41,118 bases of DNA from an uncultured Candidatus Saccharibacteria bacterium (GTDB lineage Bacteria; Patescibacteriota; Minisyncoccia; Phycocordibacterales; GWA1-40-21). The notes under the pieces are model-generated. The model did no database searches and had not been told where the DNA came from. It saw only the letters and a list, made by a program, of their open reading frames with translations. Within the stretch, counting starts at the first letter, position 1, and every line of letters starts with the position of its first letter. The DNA is taken from positions 1 to 41,118 of the forward strand of contig CAZOXG010000002.1 in the NCBI GenBank assembly GCA_964583845.1, given 5' to 3'. A program made the translations under genes and the position numbers. Below are positions 6,318 to 16,267 of this stretch, piece by piece.

Positions 6318-7823
6318 TTATTTTTCTATTAGTCTGACGGAAATAATTTTGTCACCCGGTGCTACTTCTATATTGGCTTGTAACATACAACCGAATTCCA
6401 CACCGCCACGAACTTCATTGGTCTTAACTTTTTGTTGCTGAAGCTCCTTTATTTTGCCAGCACCAATTTTTACATCCTGACGCATTATTTTTACATCATC
6501 TCCAACATTTAGTAAACCTTCCTCAGCTCGTCCGCCTAAAACATATTTGTCTTTAACACTACTGAAAACTTTAAGTATTTTTGCTCGGCCAGCTTCTTCT
6601 TCAACTTGTATCTTTGGGGTAATGGCCAAAGCTTTTTCTGCCAACCACTCAGTCAGTTTGTAAATAATATCAAAAGTTTTAATTTCTACACCGTCTCGTT
6701 CCGCCAAGTGTTTGGCTTGGGTATCTATTTTTGTATCAAATCCCACCAAGAGTGTGCCAACCTTGCTAGCCGTCAGTTTTACATCGCCTTCAGTGATATC
6801 ACCAATGGTAGCTGAAATAATGTGTATTTTAACTCGGTCGTTTTTAATTTTGGCCATCTCATGAGCGATACCTTCAAGAGCTCCAACATTTTGAGCTTTG
6901 ATCACTACTTGAAGCAGTGCTTGATTCTCTAGTAATTCATCGGTTACCATACAGTTGTTGCTCACTCGTGTCTCTTTGAATGAAGTGGTAAATTCCTCAG
7001 CTTCTTTTTTTGTACTAACGGTTGTAAACGGTGTTCCAACTTTAGGTTGTATGTTAAAACCAATAACACGAACTGGAGAAGAAAAAGTGACATCAGTAAT
7101 TTTTTTACCTTTAAAATCTTCCATCATTCTGGTGGTGGCCCAGGCGTCACCGCAAACAACAAAGTCACCGCTGTGAATTGAACCGTCTTTAATTATAAGT
7201 GTCGCGGAGATACCTTTTTTACTATCCAAGGTGGCTTCGATGACCGCACCTTCAGCTACCCGTTCAGGATGGCCTTTAAGTTCCTCCATCTCAGCTACTA
7301 AAAGTAATAGGTTGAGTAGATCATCTACACCTTTACCAGTTTTGGCAGAAATTGGGACATAAGAAATATCACCACCCATACCTTCAAGGTAAATACCATT
7401 TTCTACTAAACTCATTTTTGTTCTCTCAATATCGGCACCAGGTTTGTCTATTTTGTTGATAGCTACAATGTAGGGAAGTTTACTAGCGACAATACAGTGC
7501 AAAGCTTCTAGTGTTTGTTTTTTAACACCGTCATCAGCTGAGACTACTAAAATGGCAATGTCGGCAACTTCAACTCCACGTGAGCGAATAGCTCCAAACG
7601 CCTCGTGCCCAGGGGTATCCAAGAAAGTAATTTTCTTTTCTTCACCGGCCAAATTTTGACGAACTACTTCATACGCCGAAATCTTCTGGGTAATACCACC
7701 AGCTTCAGAATCAACGATATTGGTCTTGCGAATATAGTCTAGTAGAGTGGATTTACCATGGTCAATGTGACCCATAATACAAACTACCGGCGGTCGCTCT
7801 TGTGTTATTTCTTCTTTAGTCAT
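6318..7823 (-). CDS. infB: translation initiation factor IF-2 (short form starting at the G domain)
   Basis: 501 aa. G motifs [17 protein letters not shown] and NKID, followed by the beta-barrel and C-terminal domains. Confidence 0.92.
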   Translation of the reverse strand: MTKEEITQERPPVVCIMGHIDHGKSTLLDYIRKTNIVDSEAGGITQKISAYEVVRQNLAGEEKKITFLDTPGHEAFGAIRSRGVEVADIAILVVSADDGVKKQTLEALHCIVASKLPYIVAINKIDKPGADIERTKMSLVENGIYLEGMGGDISYVPISAKTGKGVDDLLNLLLLVAEMEELKGHPERVAEGAVIEATLDSKKGISATLIIKDGSIHSGDFVVCGDAWATTRMMEDFKGKKITDVTFSSPVRVIGFNIQPKVGTPFTTVSTKKEAEEFTTSFKETRVSNNCMVTDELLENQALLQVVIKAQNVGALEGIAHEMAKIKNDRVKIHIISATIGDITEGDVKLTASKVGTLLVGFDTKIDTQAKHLAERDGVEIKTFDIIYKLTEWLAEKALAITPKIQVEEEAGRAKILKVFSSVKDKYVLGGRAEEGLLNVGDDVKIMRQDVKIGAGKIKELQQQKVKTNEVRGGVEFGCMLQANIEVAPGDKIISVRLIEK

Positions 7824-7850
7824 AAGCGTTGCCGGTTTTAAACCGACGAG

Positions 7851-8321
7851 TTATCCTCTAGTATTAGCAGATTCTTGGGCTTTTTGCAAAGCTTCTTTTT
7901 CTTCGGCAGTCATTTCAAAAGGTGATTTCATGTTATGAACTGGTTTGGAAAAGACACTGGTGTGATCACGGGAATACAAACTAGAGATAATAACTCCGTT
8001 TCCATGCTCGTTCACAATAGCGGTGGCAAAGCTTTGATTACCACCTTCACCAGCTCCTTTAAAAGGATTGAAACGAATTGTTTCGACACCACTGATCGCA
8101 TGCTGAGATTTTTTATCTAAGATAATTAAGTGATCAATTGTATTAGCCCGAAATTTTTCTAAACTAGCTATCTTGTTTTGAAGTAAAGAAAAAGAGTCAT
8201 CTAGAGTTGAAGATTTACCTGCCAAGAGTTTTCGCAATTTATTTTCCAAACGAATAATCCAAAAGCCAAGAGTTAAGAAAATTAAAACAAGTACAGTTAA
8301 TATATAAATTTCAGTTGTCAT
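7851..8321 (-). CDS. DUF4446-like membrane-anchored protein
   Basis: ATG at 8321 (MTTEIYILTV plus a TM). IRFNPFKGAGEGGNQSFATAIVNEHGNGVIISSLYSRD resembles the DUF4446 core. Call made from memory of the family. Confidence 0.6.
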   Translation of the reverse strand: MTTEIYILTVLVLIFLTLGFWIIRLENKLRKLLAGKSSTLDDSFSLLQNKIASLEKFRANTIDHLIILDKKSQHAISGVETIRFNPFKGAGEGGNQSFATAIVNEHGNGVIISSLYSRDHTSVFSKPVHNMKSPFEMTAEEKEALQKAQESANTRG

Positions 8322-8518
8322 ATAGTAATCTATTTTACTGCAATAAAATATTTTAGGCAAATTTAACGAGAGAGTATATTTGCCAAATAATTCTGACTTA
8401 ATAAAACTGTTAAAATCTCAAAAATTCATTAAAAACTATTGCATTTTTTGAAAAATGATTTATTGTAAAGCACGGAAGTCTTTTCACTCACAAAGTTTTC
8501 ATCTATAGGAGAAGTAAA

Positions 8519-9010
8519 ATGAATCTGCAAAAGTTTTCGAACCCAGCCTATGGGGGAAGCTATCGTTCCTGTTCGGGCATTCGTTGCAAGAACTACGCTG
8601 CCAAGATCGGCAACAGAAAGGTTCAAGTTGATGGTTTACAGTTTGAGTTGACAGGCACGAGAGAATTTCTCGGTTACTGCGACAGCTGCATTAAAGAGTT
8701 GCTTCGTCGGGAATGTCAGAAGTGGTTAACGCACGAAGCAAGTTTTTTCAGTCTTGACCGCTGCTCAAAGATAACCATCGATTGGTTCAATTTTTTTTCT
8801 TGTCTCAAACTCGGTGAAAAGAAACAGTTCGTTAGTTTTCTAAAGTACCTTCGAATACTGGTCAAAAACCCAGTTCGAAACCGTCGCATAAAAATTGAGG
8901 AATCTTTCTTTTGCGACAAGATGGGGACTGAGGTTTTTTACGCCAACGCTACTGTGGTTAGAAAAGTAAAGAAGGAGAAATCTAACTGGTTGTTCTCGCT
9001 CAGGGTTTAG
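8519..9010 (+). CDS. hypothetical Cys-containing protein (moderately higher-GC ORFan)
   Basis: 163-aa ORF with GGAGAAG 6 nt before the ATG. CSGIRC...CDSC pairs near the N-terminus. A strong terminator follows immediately. Confidence 0.6.
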   Translation: MNLQKFSNPAYGGSYRSCSGIRCKNYAAKIGNRKVQVDGLQFELTGTREFLGYCDSCIKELLRRECQKWLTHEASFFSLDRCSKITIDWFNFFSCLKLGEKKQFVSFLKYLRILVKNPVRNRRIKIEESFFCDKMGTEVFYANATVVRKVKKEKSNWLFSLRV

Positions 9011-9012
9011 TT

Positions 9013-9046
9013 GGACCGGTCGCTCTGCGACCGGTCCTTTTCTTTT
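9013..9046 (+). terminator. intrinsic terminator
   Basis: GGACCGGTCGC-TCT-GCGACCGGTCC followed by TTTTCTTTT. Confidence 0.8.
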
Positions 9047-9076
9047 ATACTTTTTTATGTTTTAATATTGCTGCTT

Positions 9077-10291
9077 ATGAAAAAGTTAAAAACCCCAGCC
9101 ATAATATACTGTGATACTGCTGCTACTACACCAGTAGCTTTGCCTGTTCAAAAAGAAATCATCAAGCATTTAAAGGTTACTTTTGGAAATGCTGGTTCTA
9201 TTCATCAAATTGGCGTGACTGCAAATAATGTCCTAAATAATAGTCGTAGGATTGTGGCGGATTTTTTAAAAGCGCGACCTCAAGAAATTATTTTTACTTC
9301 AAGTGGTACAGAATCAAATAATCTGGCTATTATGGGTGTTATTAATGCCTGTTTAGAAAAGGGATATATTGCCAAAGATTTGCATATTATTACTACCAAT
9401 ATTGAACACAGTTCAGTTCGTGAGACATTTTTTCATTTGGAAAAAATTGGCTGCCGGGTAGATTGGCTTTCAGTTGAAAAAAATGGACAATTATCGCCAA
9501 GTGTTTTACGTAAAGCTTTGCGTCCAAATACCATTTTAGTTTCTCTTGCGTATGCTAATTCCGAAATCGGTGTTATTCAACCACTCAGTGATTTAGTAAA
9601 AGAAATTCGTCATGCTCGCAAAACATCCTCAATAAAAATTAGTGAAGATAGTTTGTCTTTTCCATACACTCATCTGGATGCAAGCCAGGCCACACTTTGG
9701 TTGCCGATGAATACTGAAAAACTTGGTGTGGAATTGTTAACTCTTGATGGTCAAAAAATTTATGGTCCGAAAGGGGTTGGTGCGCTGTATATTCGTTCTG
9801 GTGCGACTATTAAATCAATAATGTTTGGAGGTAAGCAAGAAAAAGGTTTAAGACCTGGAACAGAAAATATTCCTCTGATTGCCGGTTTCGCAAAAGCTCT
9901 GACTCTCGTTTCGGCTTTTCAGAAGACTGAACCAGAAAGAATTTTAGCTGTGAGAAACTATTTTGTAAAAAAAATATCCCAAAAGATTCCTGAGGTAATT
10001 ATAAATGGCGATCTTGAAAATCGTTTACCAAATAATGTAAATTTTTCCCTTACTGATTCTGACGCCGAGTATTTGCTATTACAATTGGCAGAAAATGGAA
10101 TTATTTGTTCGGCTAAAAGTGCCTGTTTGGCTGGCGATGCTGGTTCCTACGTTGTTGGTGCTGTATCTGATAACCCGTCGTCCGCTAGATCTTCTTTACG
10201 TTTTACCTTTGGAGATAGTGTTGGTAAAAAGGAAGTTGATAAAATCATCGATGTTTTATCAAAGAATGTGTTTCGGGGTGGATTGATTTAG
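9077..10291 (+). CDS. cysteine desulfurase (class V aminotransferase, NifS/IscS-like)
   Basis: SSGTESNNLAI, PLP-Lys region DGQKIYGPKGVGALYIR, and C-terminal Cys loop SAKSAC. The ATG at 9077 is chosen because the longer ORF start (9011) runs through the upstream terminator. Confidence 0.8.
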   Translation: MKKLKTPAIIYCDTAATTPVALPVQKEIIKHLKVTFGNAGSIHQIGVTANNVLNNSRRIVADFLKARPQEIIFTSSGTESNNLAIMGVINACLEKGYIAKDLHIITTNIEHSSVRETFFHLEKIGCRVDWLSVEKNGQLSPSVLRKALRPNTILVSLAYANSEIGVIQPLSDLVKEIRHARKTSSIKISEDSLSFPYTHLDASQATLWLPMNTEKLGVELLTLDGQKIYGPKGVGALYIRSGATIKSIMFGGKQEKGLRPGTENIPLIAGFAKALTLVSAFQKTEPERILAVRNYFVKKISQKIPEVIINGDLENRLPNNVNFSLTDSDAEYLLLQLAENGIICSAKSACLAGDAGSYVVGAVSDNPSSARSSLRFTFGDSVGKKEVDKIIDVLSKNVFRGGLI

Positions 10292-10317
10292 TCTTCTTTT
10301 TAATCTATTATAACTAT

Positions 10318-11190
10318 ATGGAAAATCTAAATAAACAGCAGTTAATTCTTCTTACTCTGTTAATTACTTTCGTTACTTCAATCGCGACTGGTATCGTGAC
10401 GGTTTCTCTTATGGATCAGGCTCCTAAAAATGTTACTCAAACCATAAACAGAGTCGTTGAACGTACGATTGAAAAAGTTGTGCCGACTAAAGTGGATGGC
10501 AATCAAACTCAACAAACTACTATAAAAGAAACCGTGGTTGTTAAAGAGGATGATAAGGTGACTAGTACTATCGCTGAAAACAGTGGCGCTGTTTTAAGAG
10601 TCTATCGTTTTGTTCCAAACATTGTTGAACAATATTTTATGTGTTTAGGTGTAGTGGTGTCGGCCGACGGTTTAATAGCCGTACCCATTACCGCCGATGT
10701 TGGAAATGGTGATGAAAAGTTTTTGGTCATGTCTAGTAAGGGTGACATAATGAGTACAAAGAAATTGCCGATTGCTCCAAATGCCAGATTCTTCTTCTTA
10801 CGAGTTGATACAGGTGATAAAACCAAAACAGTAAATATTCCGACCGCTAAATTATCAAACAAAGATTTGTCACTCGGACAAACTGTGGTTTCAATCAGTG
10901 GGGAGAAAAGAGATATTATTAGTACCGGTATTGCGGCGAGTTTTATACCTCAGCTTCAAAAAGTTGCTGTGGCCTCAACTACGGCTTCCACTACAGACAT
11001 AGTTGATAAACAATTTAATTTTATTGAAACCGGCATGAGTAATATTTTGTCTGGTGCACCACTTCTTGATTTATACAGTAATTTAATGGGGATGAAAGTT
11101 TCGGGTGAAAATATGTTTGCACCCTCAGGTTTAATTACTTATGAAATGCAGGTTGCCTTGAGTAAAGAAAAAGCCACTGCTAGTAATTAA
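10318..11190 (+). CDS. membrane-anchored hypothetical protein (weak trypsin/HtrA-like C-terminal resemblance)
   Basis: 290 aa with an N-terminal TM. ILSGAPLLDLYSNLMGM is reminiscent of the GNSGGPL..G.L.G segment of S1C proteases, but no clear catalytic His was seen. Confidence 0.45.
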   Translation: MENLNKQQLILLTLLITFVTSIATGIVTVSLMDQAPKNVTQTINRVVERTIEKVVPTKVDGNQTQQTTIKETVVVKEDDKVTSTIAENSGAVLRVYRFVPNIVEQYFMCLGVVVSADGLIAVPITADVGNGDEKFLVMSSKGDIMSTKKLPIAPNARFFFLRVDTGDKTKTVNIPTAKLSNKDLSLGQTVVSISGEKRDIISTGIAASFIPQLQKVAVASTTASTTDIVDKQFNFIETGMSNILSGAPLLDLYSNLMGMKVSGENMFAPSGLITYEMQVALSKEKATASN

Positions 11191-11254
11191 TTTATTTTGC
11201 TAGGTCTGTACCGTTTTTTTAGTATGTTTTATATTTATAATTATTTTAAAAAAT

Positions 11255-13915
11255 ATGCCTCCAATCAACAATTTCACCACCAAAGCTAAAGATGCCATTC
11301 GTCGGGCTCACGAGTTGGCGATTGAGCGTGGTCAGAATCATGTAAACCCGGTTCATTTATTGGCGGCTTTGGTATTTCAAGATGACAGTATCGTTGGTTC
11401 TATTTTAGACAAGATGGAAGTTGATTCTGTTTTGTTGGCCGATTCTTTGGCTGATTCTATTGAAGGCGAAGGCCCAACAAATACAGTCTCTCCATCAGTT
11501 CAAATGTATCTAACACCTGACTTGGCACAAGCTTTGGATGAAGCTGGTAAACAAGCTACTAAAATAAAAGATGAATTTATTTCAACAGAACACTTACTCC
11601 TAGCTTTGATAGAAGTGCCTTCACCAGCCAAGGATCTTTTGGCTCGATTTAAAATTGATAATGAATCAGTGTTGAAAGTTTTAATTGATTTACGAACCAG
11701 CAAGAATTCTGAGGCAATTATTAGTAGAAAACCAAAAATATTAATTAAGTATACTCGCAGTTTAACCAAAATGGCCAAGGAAAACAAACTTGACCCAGTT
11801 ATTGGTCGTGATGAGGAAATTTCTCGTATTATTCAAATTCTCTCTCGTCGTACAAAAAACAATCCTATTTTAATAGGAGAGGCTGGTGTTGGTAAAACCG
11901 CAATTGCTGAAGGTCTGGCTATCCGCATGGCCCAAGGTGATGTACCAGAATCTTTGAAAGATAAAGAATTAATGTCACTGGATTTGGGCATGCTTGTTGC
12001 AGGTACAAAGTATCGCGGTGAATTCGAAGAGCGTTTAAAGAATATTATTAAGGAGGTAGAACGAGCTGAGGGTAAGATTATATTATTTATTGATGAGTTG
12101 CATACAATCGTGGGGGCTGGAGCTTCTGAGGGCTCGCTAGACGCTTCAAACATGTTAAAACCAGCTTTGTCTCGGGGCGAACTGCGGGTTATTGGTGCCA
12201 CTACCTTGCGAGAGTATCAAAAACATATCGAGAAAGATCCGGCTTTGACTCGTCGTTTCCAACCGGTCTATGTAAATGAACCATCCATAGAAGATGCGGT
12301 AGCAATTTTACGTGGCTTAAAAGAAAAATACGAGCTTTACCATGGAGTGCGAATAACCGATGACTCTATTTTGGCAGCGGTCAATCTTTCCAGCCGATAT
12401 ATTTCAGATCGTTTTTTGCCGGACAAAGCTGTGGACTTGATTGATGAAGCTTCATCAGCTTTGAAAATATCATTGGAAAATATGCCACCAATCTTGGAAG
12501 AGACCCGTCGAAAAGTGATGCGTTTGGAAATTGAAAAAGAAGCTTTGAAAAAGGAGGCCGAGGGTGATGATGGAAAAAACGCCAAATCACGGACTAAAAT
12601 TATTGAAAAAGAAATTGCCGACTTGAAGGAAAAAACTTCAGAGACTGAATTGAAGTGGAAAAACGAAAAAGAAACTATTGCAATTATTAAAGCCAAGAAA
12701 AAGGATTTAGAAGTTTTACGATTGGAAGCCGAAGATGCTGAAAGTAAATCTGATTTAACTAAAGCGGCGGAGATTCGTTATGGTAAAATTCCTGGGACTG
12801 AAAAAGAATTGGAAACCGCTAGTAAGCGTTTGAAACGTTTGCAGTCCTCTCGACAAATTTTGAAAGAAGAAATCACTGAAGCTGATATTGCCGCGGTGGT
12901 TTCTCGTTGGACCGGTGTTCCAGTAGCACGGATGCTGGAAGAAGAAGCCGAAAAACTTTGCCGTATGGAAGAAGAGCTCAAGAAACGTGTAGTTGGACAG
13001 GAAGAAGCCGTCAAGAAAATTTCAGATACTATTAAACGATCCCGAGCGGGAATTGCTGATCCTAACAAACCGATTGGTTCGTTCATTTTCCTTGGACCAA
13101 CTGGGGTTGGTAAAACGGAGTTGACCAAAGCACTAGCCGAATTTATGTTTGATTCTGATAAAGCCTTGATCCGTTTGGATATGTCTGAATATATGGAAAA
13201 ACATTCCGTTTCTAAGTTGGTAGGTGCTCCTCCTGGTTACGTTGGTCACGATGAAGCCACTAGTTTTAGTGAGACTGTTCGTCATCGCCCTTACTCTGTT
13301 ATTTTGTTTGATGAAGTAGAAAAAGCTCACCCAGAAGTTTTTAATATGTTGTTGCAAATTTTAGATAATGGTCGCTTAACTGATTCCAAGGGGCGAGTGG
13401 TTAATTTCCGTAATACCGTTATTATTTTGACCTCTAATATTGGTTCTCAACATATTGATAAGATGGAGAGACTTGGATTTAACGCCGACGCTGGGGCTGT
13501 TGGTGACTACAAAGACGCCAAGGCTAAAGTGATGGGTAGTCTCAAAGATTATTTCCGTCCGGAATTTATTAATCGTTTAGATGATATTATTATATTCGAT
13601 ATTTTGAGTCCAGAAGTGATTCGTCAAATCGTTGATATTCAAATTGATATTGTGAAAAAACGTTTGGAAGCTAAAGATATTAGATTGGAAATTTCGAAGG
13701 AGGCCTCAAATCTTTTGGCTAAGGAAGGTTATAATCCACAGTATGGTGCCCGACCTTTGAAACGTTTAATTCAAGAAAAGATTTTAAATCCGGTGGCGCA
13801 TTTTATGATTACTAAGGGAGTACTATCAGGAGGTACTGTCCTGGTGGATGTAAAGAATGGTGCGATTATTGTAGATGCTAAAAAGCGTAAAGGGAAGTTT
13901 GATGAGGTAAAATAA
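11255..13915 (+). CDS. clpB: AAA+ disaggregase ClpB
   Basis: 886 aa. Clp N domain, two Walker A motifs ([16 protein letters not shown]), and a long coiled-coil middle domain. Confidence 0.95.
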   Translation: MPPINNFTTKAKDAIRRAHELAIERGQNHVNPVHLLAALVFQDDSIVGSILDKMEVDSVLLADSLADSIEGEGPTNTVSPSVQMYLTPDLAQALDEAGKQATKIKDEFISTEHLLLALIEVPSPAKDLLARFKIDNESVLKVLIDLRTSKNSEAIISRKPKILIKYTRSLTKMAKENKLDPVIGRDEEISRIIQILSRRTKNNPILIGEAGVGKTAIAEGLAIRMAQGDVPESLKDKELMSLDLGMLVAGTKYRGEFEERLKNIIKEVERAEGKIILFIDELHTIVGAGASEGSLDASNMLKPALSRGELRVIGATTLREYQKHIEKDPALTRRFQPVYVNEPSIEDAVAILRGLKEKYELYHGVRITDDSILAAVNLSSRYISDRFLPDKAVDLIDEASSALKISLENMPPILEETRRKVMRLEIEKEALKKEAEGDDGKNAKSRTKIIEKEIADLKEKTSETELKWKNEKETIAIIKAKKKDLEVLRLEAEDAESKSDLTKAAEIRYGKIPGTEKELETASKRLKRLQSSRQILKEEITEADIAAVVSRWTGVPVARMLEEEAEKLCRMEEELKKRVVGQEEAVKKISDTIKRSRAGIADPNKPIGSFIFLGPTGVGKTELTKALAEFMFDSDKALIRLDMSEYMEKHSVSKLVGAPPGYVGHDEATSFSETVRHRPYSVILFDEVEKAHPEVFNMLLQILDNGRLTDSKGRVVNFRNTVIILTSNIGSQHIDKMERLGFNADAGAVGDYKDAKAKVMGSLKDYFRPEFINRLDDIIIFDILSPEVIRQIVDIQIDIVKKRLEAKDIRLEISKEASNLLAKEGYNPQYGARPLKRLIQEKILNPVAHFMITKGVLSGGTVLVDVKNGAIIVDAKKRKGKFDEVK

Positions 13916-13940
13916 TCTAGTTGCAGAATTAAAAATGGTA

Positions 13941-13976
13941 AAAAAAACGCAGGCACACCGGGTGCCTGCTTTTTTG
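13941..13976. terminator. bidirectional terminator (clpB / 109-aa gene)
   Basis: A-run, GCAGGCAC-ACCGG-GTGCCTGC, T-run. Confidence 0.8.
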
Positions 13977-14306
13977 TTAGACCTCGACATACCCGGTGAG
14001 AATTTTACTTCTCTTGACCTGTATGGCTTGGACTGATCGGCATAACACCTTTGCTAACTCTTGGTCAGACGGACGATCCGGGGAAGTAATCGTGGTGATT
14101 TCTCCCGGCATCCAAAACTGACCTTTGTTTGTGCTATGTGTTGTCCTAGTGGAGTAGTATGTTTTCTTTAACTCCACCTGTTTTGTAGGGTTCTTTTTCC
14201 TCCATTCTTTATTGGCACAGGTAATACAGACATGGTGACCAGTTGCTTTGCTCTTGTGCCCGTTTTTTTCGCGACCACAAATTGAGCAAATCGCTTTGAC
14301 TTTCAT
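13977..14306 (-). CDS. small zinc-ribbon protein with basic, possibly DNA-binding C-terminus (higher-GC ORFan)
   Basis: 109 aa. CSIC...CITC pairs. C-terminal SDQELAKVLCRSVQAIQVKRSKI is helix-turn-helix-like. Own promoter at 14349-14377. Confidence 0.6.
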   Translation of the reverse strand: MKVKAICSICGREKNGHKSKATGHHVCITCANKEWRKKNPTKQVELKKTYYSTRTTHSTNKGQFWMPGEITTITSPDRPSDQELAKVLCRSVQAIQVKRSKILTGYVEV

Positions 14307-14348
14307 TGGGTTTTCCTGTTGACGGTTTGAGGTTGAGGCTCCGGCGTA

Positions 14349-14377
14349 ATCATAATATAAAAATGTGGAGGTGTCAA
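14349..14377 (-). promoter_or_regulatory. sigma70 consensus-like promoter
   Basis: Minus strand TTGACA, 17-nt spacer, TATGAT. Confidence 0.6.
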
Positions 14378-14384
14378 ATATAAC

Positions 14385-14425
14385 AAAAAGAAAACCCGTA
14401 ACCTTAAGGGGGACGGGTTTTCCTT
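14385..14425 (-). terminator. terminator of the 152-aa gene
   Basis: AAAACCCGT/ACGGGTTTT stem. T-run on the minus strand. Confidence 0.7.
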
Positions 14426-14442
14426 TGGGTTAGGGGTGGGGT

Positions 14443-14901
14443 TTAGATGACGACGTCGGGGATTTTGAAATTTTTGCCTTCAAGTTCTTTTTTTGCTGTC
14501 TCGCAACCAAAGGCTGCGGTCATCAAAGAGAACTGGGAAAGATTGGACAATTTAAGAGCCTTACCCTTCCTTGATTTTGTAGAATAAAAGCTGAGTAGTG
14601 AACCGCAGATTTCCATCCGGCGATTATTAGGAGACACCGAACAGATGTCCGAATAGATTCGCCACAAATGACCGTCACGACAGGCAAGAATATCATCGGC
14701 ACTTTCTACGGCCATAAGAGCAATGAGTCCTACTTCCAGTTCAATAAAATTTCCTTCTGAATCTTTGAGTTCGAGGGTAAACTTTGAACGGGAGTAAAAC
14801 TTCCTTGAGAAAGTTGCTTCCATCAGGTCGAACTTTGATGGTCCGTTGACGATTTCGTAGATGATTTTTTTGGAAGGTACAGACGTTGCTGTGGTTTCCA
14901 T
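14443..14901 (-). CDS. hypothetical protein (higher-GC ORFan)
   Basis: 152-aa ORF with AAGGAG 7 nt before the ATG. About 100-nt leader with hairpins. Confidence 0.7.
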   Translation of the reverse strand: METTATSVPSKKIIYEIVNGPSKFDLMEATFSRKFYSRSKFTLELKDSEGNFIELEVGLIALMAVESADDILACRDGHLWRIYSDICSVSPNNRRMEICGSLLSFYSTKSRKGKALKLSNLSQFSLMTAAFGCETAKKELEGKNFKIPDVVI

Positions 14902-15005
14902 ACGGAACTCCTTTGCTTTTGTTTACACTGTAAGGCAGTGTTGACCTCTTACGGACTACATACACAGCCGAGTTCTGTCGTACAAGACAGAAGATATCTA
15001 ATCGA

Positions 15006-15034
15006 AGAATACTTTAGGTTATCGACTGTGTCAA
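15006..15034 (-). promoter_or_regulatory. sigma70-type promoter of the 152-aa gene
   Basis: Minus strand TTGACA (15029-15034), 17-nt spacer, TATTCT (15006-15011). Confidence 0.55.
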
Positions 15035-15082
15035 GAATAGAAAAAATACATTTGTAATTTAGACTTTTTGCATATTTTGCTT

Positions 15083-15199
15083 GGAAAGGATTTGGTCATG
15101 GATAATTCACTAGTCGTCTCTCGTGAATTTCCACGACCCTGACTCGGCCACACTACCTGCTGGCAGTGGCTTCGCGGCCTCCGTCTTTCAAATCCTTCC
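15083..15199 (+). mobile_element. mini-element copy E (type-1 core), behind tRNA-Tyr
   Basis: GGAAAGGATTTG|GTCATGGATAATTCAC-TAGTCGTCTCTC-GTGAATTTCCACGACCCTGACTCGGCC-hairpin-GCGGCCTCCGTCTT|TCAAATCCTTCC. Confidence 0.8.
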
Positions 15200-15205
15200 T
15201 TGAGC

Positions 15206-15275
15206 AAAATTGGTTTCTTAACCAATTTTACAAAAGAAAAACACCAGTTTAATAATAAACCGGTGTTTTCTTTTG
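15206..15275. terminator. two consecutive AT-rich hairpins between copy E and tRNA-Tyr
   Basis: AAAATTGGT-TTCTTA-ACCAATTTT, then GAAAAACACC..GGTGTTTTC flanked by A-run and T-run. Confidence 0.55.
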
Positions 15276-15359
15276 TGCGCAGGGAAGGATTTGAACCTTC
15301 GTAGTCCATTGGACGATTGATTTACAGTCAATTGCGATTGACCACTCCGCCACCTGCGC
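15276..15359 (-). tRNA. tRNA-Tyr (anticodon GUA), type II, no CCA
   Basis: Acceptor GCGCAGG/CCTGCGC, anticodon loop CTGTAAA, long variable arm, T arm GAAGG-TTCAAAT-CCTTC. Confidence 0.92.
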
Positions 15360-15482
15360 AATGGGGAGATTATAAAGCCTTTTTTTAAAAAAGACAAGAG
15401 GACTTGCTTATAGGTTTACCTAGTGTTAATTTTAATATAGAAAAACAAAGTACAAACAGTGCCAAAAGGGAAAGGAAGTGTA

Positions 15483-15866
15483 ATGATGAGAACTTACCTT
15501 GTAGCGAGGTTTCCCGTTATTAACCTCATTCTCTGGTCACTGGAAGCGGTTAAATTACTGAATCTGGTCAAAGATCCAAAGGCTTGTGTGGACGCTCGTT
15601 ACGAGGTGTATGAGTCAGTTGTTTTCTTTGCCAATTCGGTTGAAAAGAAACTGATCGAGGGACATACTCTCAACGAATCATTTGACCTTTCAGAGCGCCT
15701 GTTGGAAACAGCTATTAGAGGGGAAATTCCTCATCGCTGCAAAATGCCTCTGGTGGTTGAGATATTGAGCCGTCACTCAACAAGAGCTCACGAACTCAAG
15801 TCCTGGTACGACACTCGTTGTCTTGCAAAAGAACAAGACATAACTCAACATGAGTTCGTCGGGTAA
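15483..15866 (+). CDS. hypothetical protein (higher-GC ORFan)
   Basis: ORF 15459..15866. The ATG at 15483 lies about 5 nt after GGAAAGGAAG. No motif recognised. Confidence 0.65.
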   Translation: MMRTYLVARFPVINLILWSLEAVKLLNLVKDPKACVDARYEVYESVVFFANSVEKKLIEGHTLNESFDLSERLLETAIRGEIPHRCKMPLVVEILSRHSTRAHELKSWYDTRCLAKEQDITQHEFVG

Positions 15867-15895
15867 ACCAAAAGATTGAGACCAAATATTGGTCG

Positions 15896-15924
15896 GCCGC
15901 TGGAATATTACCCAGCGGCTTTTA
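15896..15924 (+). terminator. intrinsic terminator
   Basis: GCCGCTGG-AATATTAC-CCAGCGGC followed by TTTT. Confidence 0.75.
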
Positions 15925-16037
15925 TATTATAATTATCACATATATGCTATTGTCTTTAAAAATGAGATATGATATAAAATAATTGGGTGAATCGGTTGCC
16001 GATTTCCTAAAACCAATCAATCTGGAGGGAGTAAAAA

Positions 16038-16172
16038 ATGCTACAACAGTCCTGGTTCGCATGGTTCTTTGGACAGTTCAAAGAGAAGAAATTCGAGGCA
16101 GGCTTCCTGCTTCTCATTATCGTTTTGCTTGCGTGGTCACTGACAGTGCAAGTCAAAATTCCCACTCCATAA
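16038..16172 (+). CDS. 44-aa single-TM peptide (below the ORF-track cutoff)
   Basis: GGAGGGAG 7 nt before the ATG. Translation is MLQQSWFAWFFGQFKEKKFEAGFLLLIIVLLAWSLTVQVKIPTP. Its stop lies 16 nt before a strong terminator. The 88-aa track ORF in another frame runs through that terminator. Confidence 0.55.
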   Translation: MLQQSWFAWFFGQFKEKKFEAGFLLLIIVLLAWSLTVQVKIPTP

Positions 16173-16187
16173 ACTTTGGGGCTCTCT

Positions 16188-16220
16188 GCTCCGTCGCATC
16201 TCGCGACGGAGCGTTTTTTT
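16188..16220 (+). terminator. intrinsic terminator
   Basis: GCTCCGTCGC-ATCTC-GCGACGGAGC followed by GTTTTTTT. Confidence 0.8.
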
Positions 16221-16267
16221 ATAATAAAAGACGCGTAACCATTATATAGATTACGCGCCGGTGTGAA

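Noticed and set aside
9011-9076. N-terminal extensions of track ORFs: 9011 for the desulfurase, 18593 for the Nudix gene, 28222 for the HEAT gene, 2907, 8360, 22708, 38201 and 40483
   Set aside because: The extensions start at TTG or GTG, or they run through upstream terminators or genes (the rpmG overlap, for example). Internal ATGs with a better context were chosen instead.
11500-13357. Antisense ORFs inside clpB (11500..11787, 11833..12201, 12337..12696, 12778..13128, 13133..13357), and similar antisense or out-of-frame ORFs inside infB, topA, the 28268/28957 genes and the 120..1247 gene
   Set aside because: They are wholly embedded opposite to, or out of frame with, well-supported genes. 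Long antisense ORFs are expected by chance, especially in the GC-richer islands.
15983-16249. 88-aa track ORF
   Set aside because: It has no RBS and reads through the strong terminator at 16188-16220. The 44-aa frame at 16038..16172 has a GGAGGG RBS and stops before the terminator.
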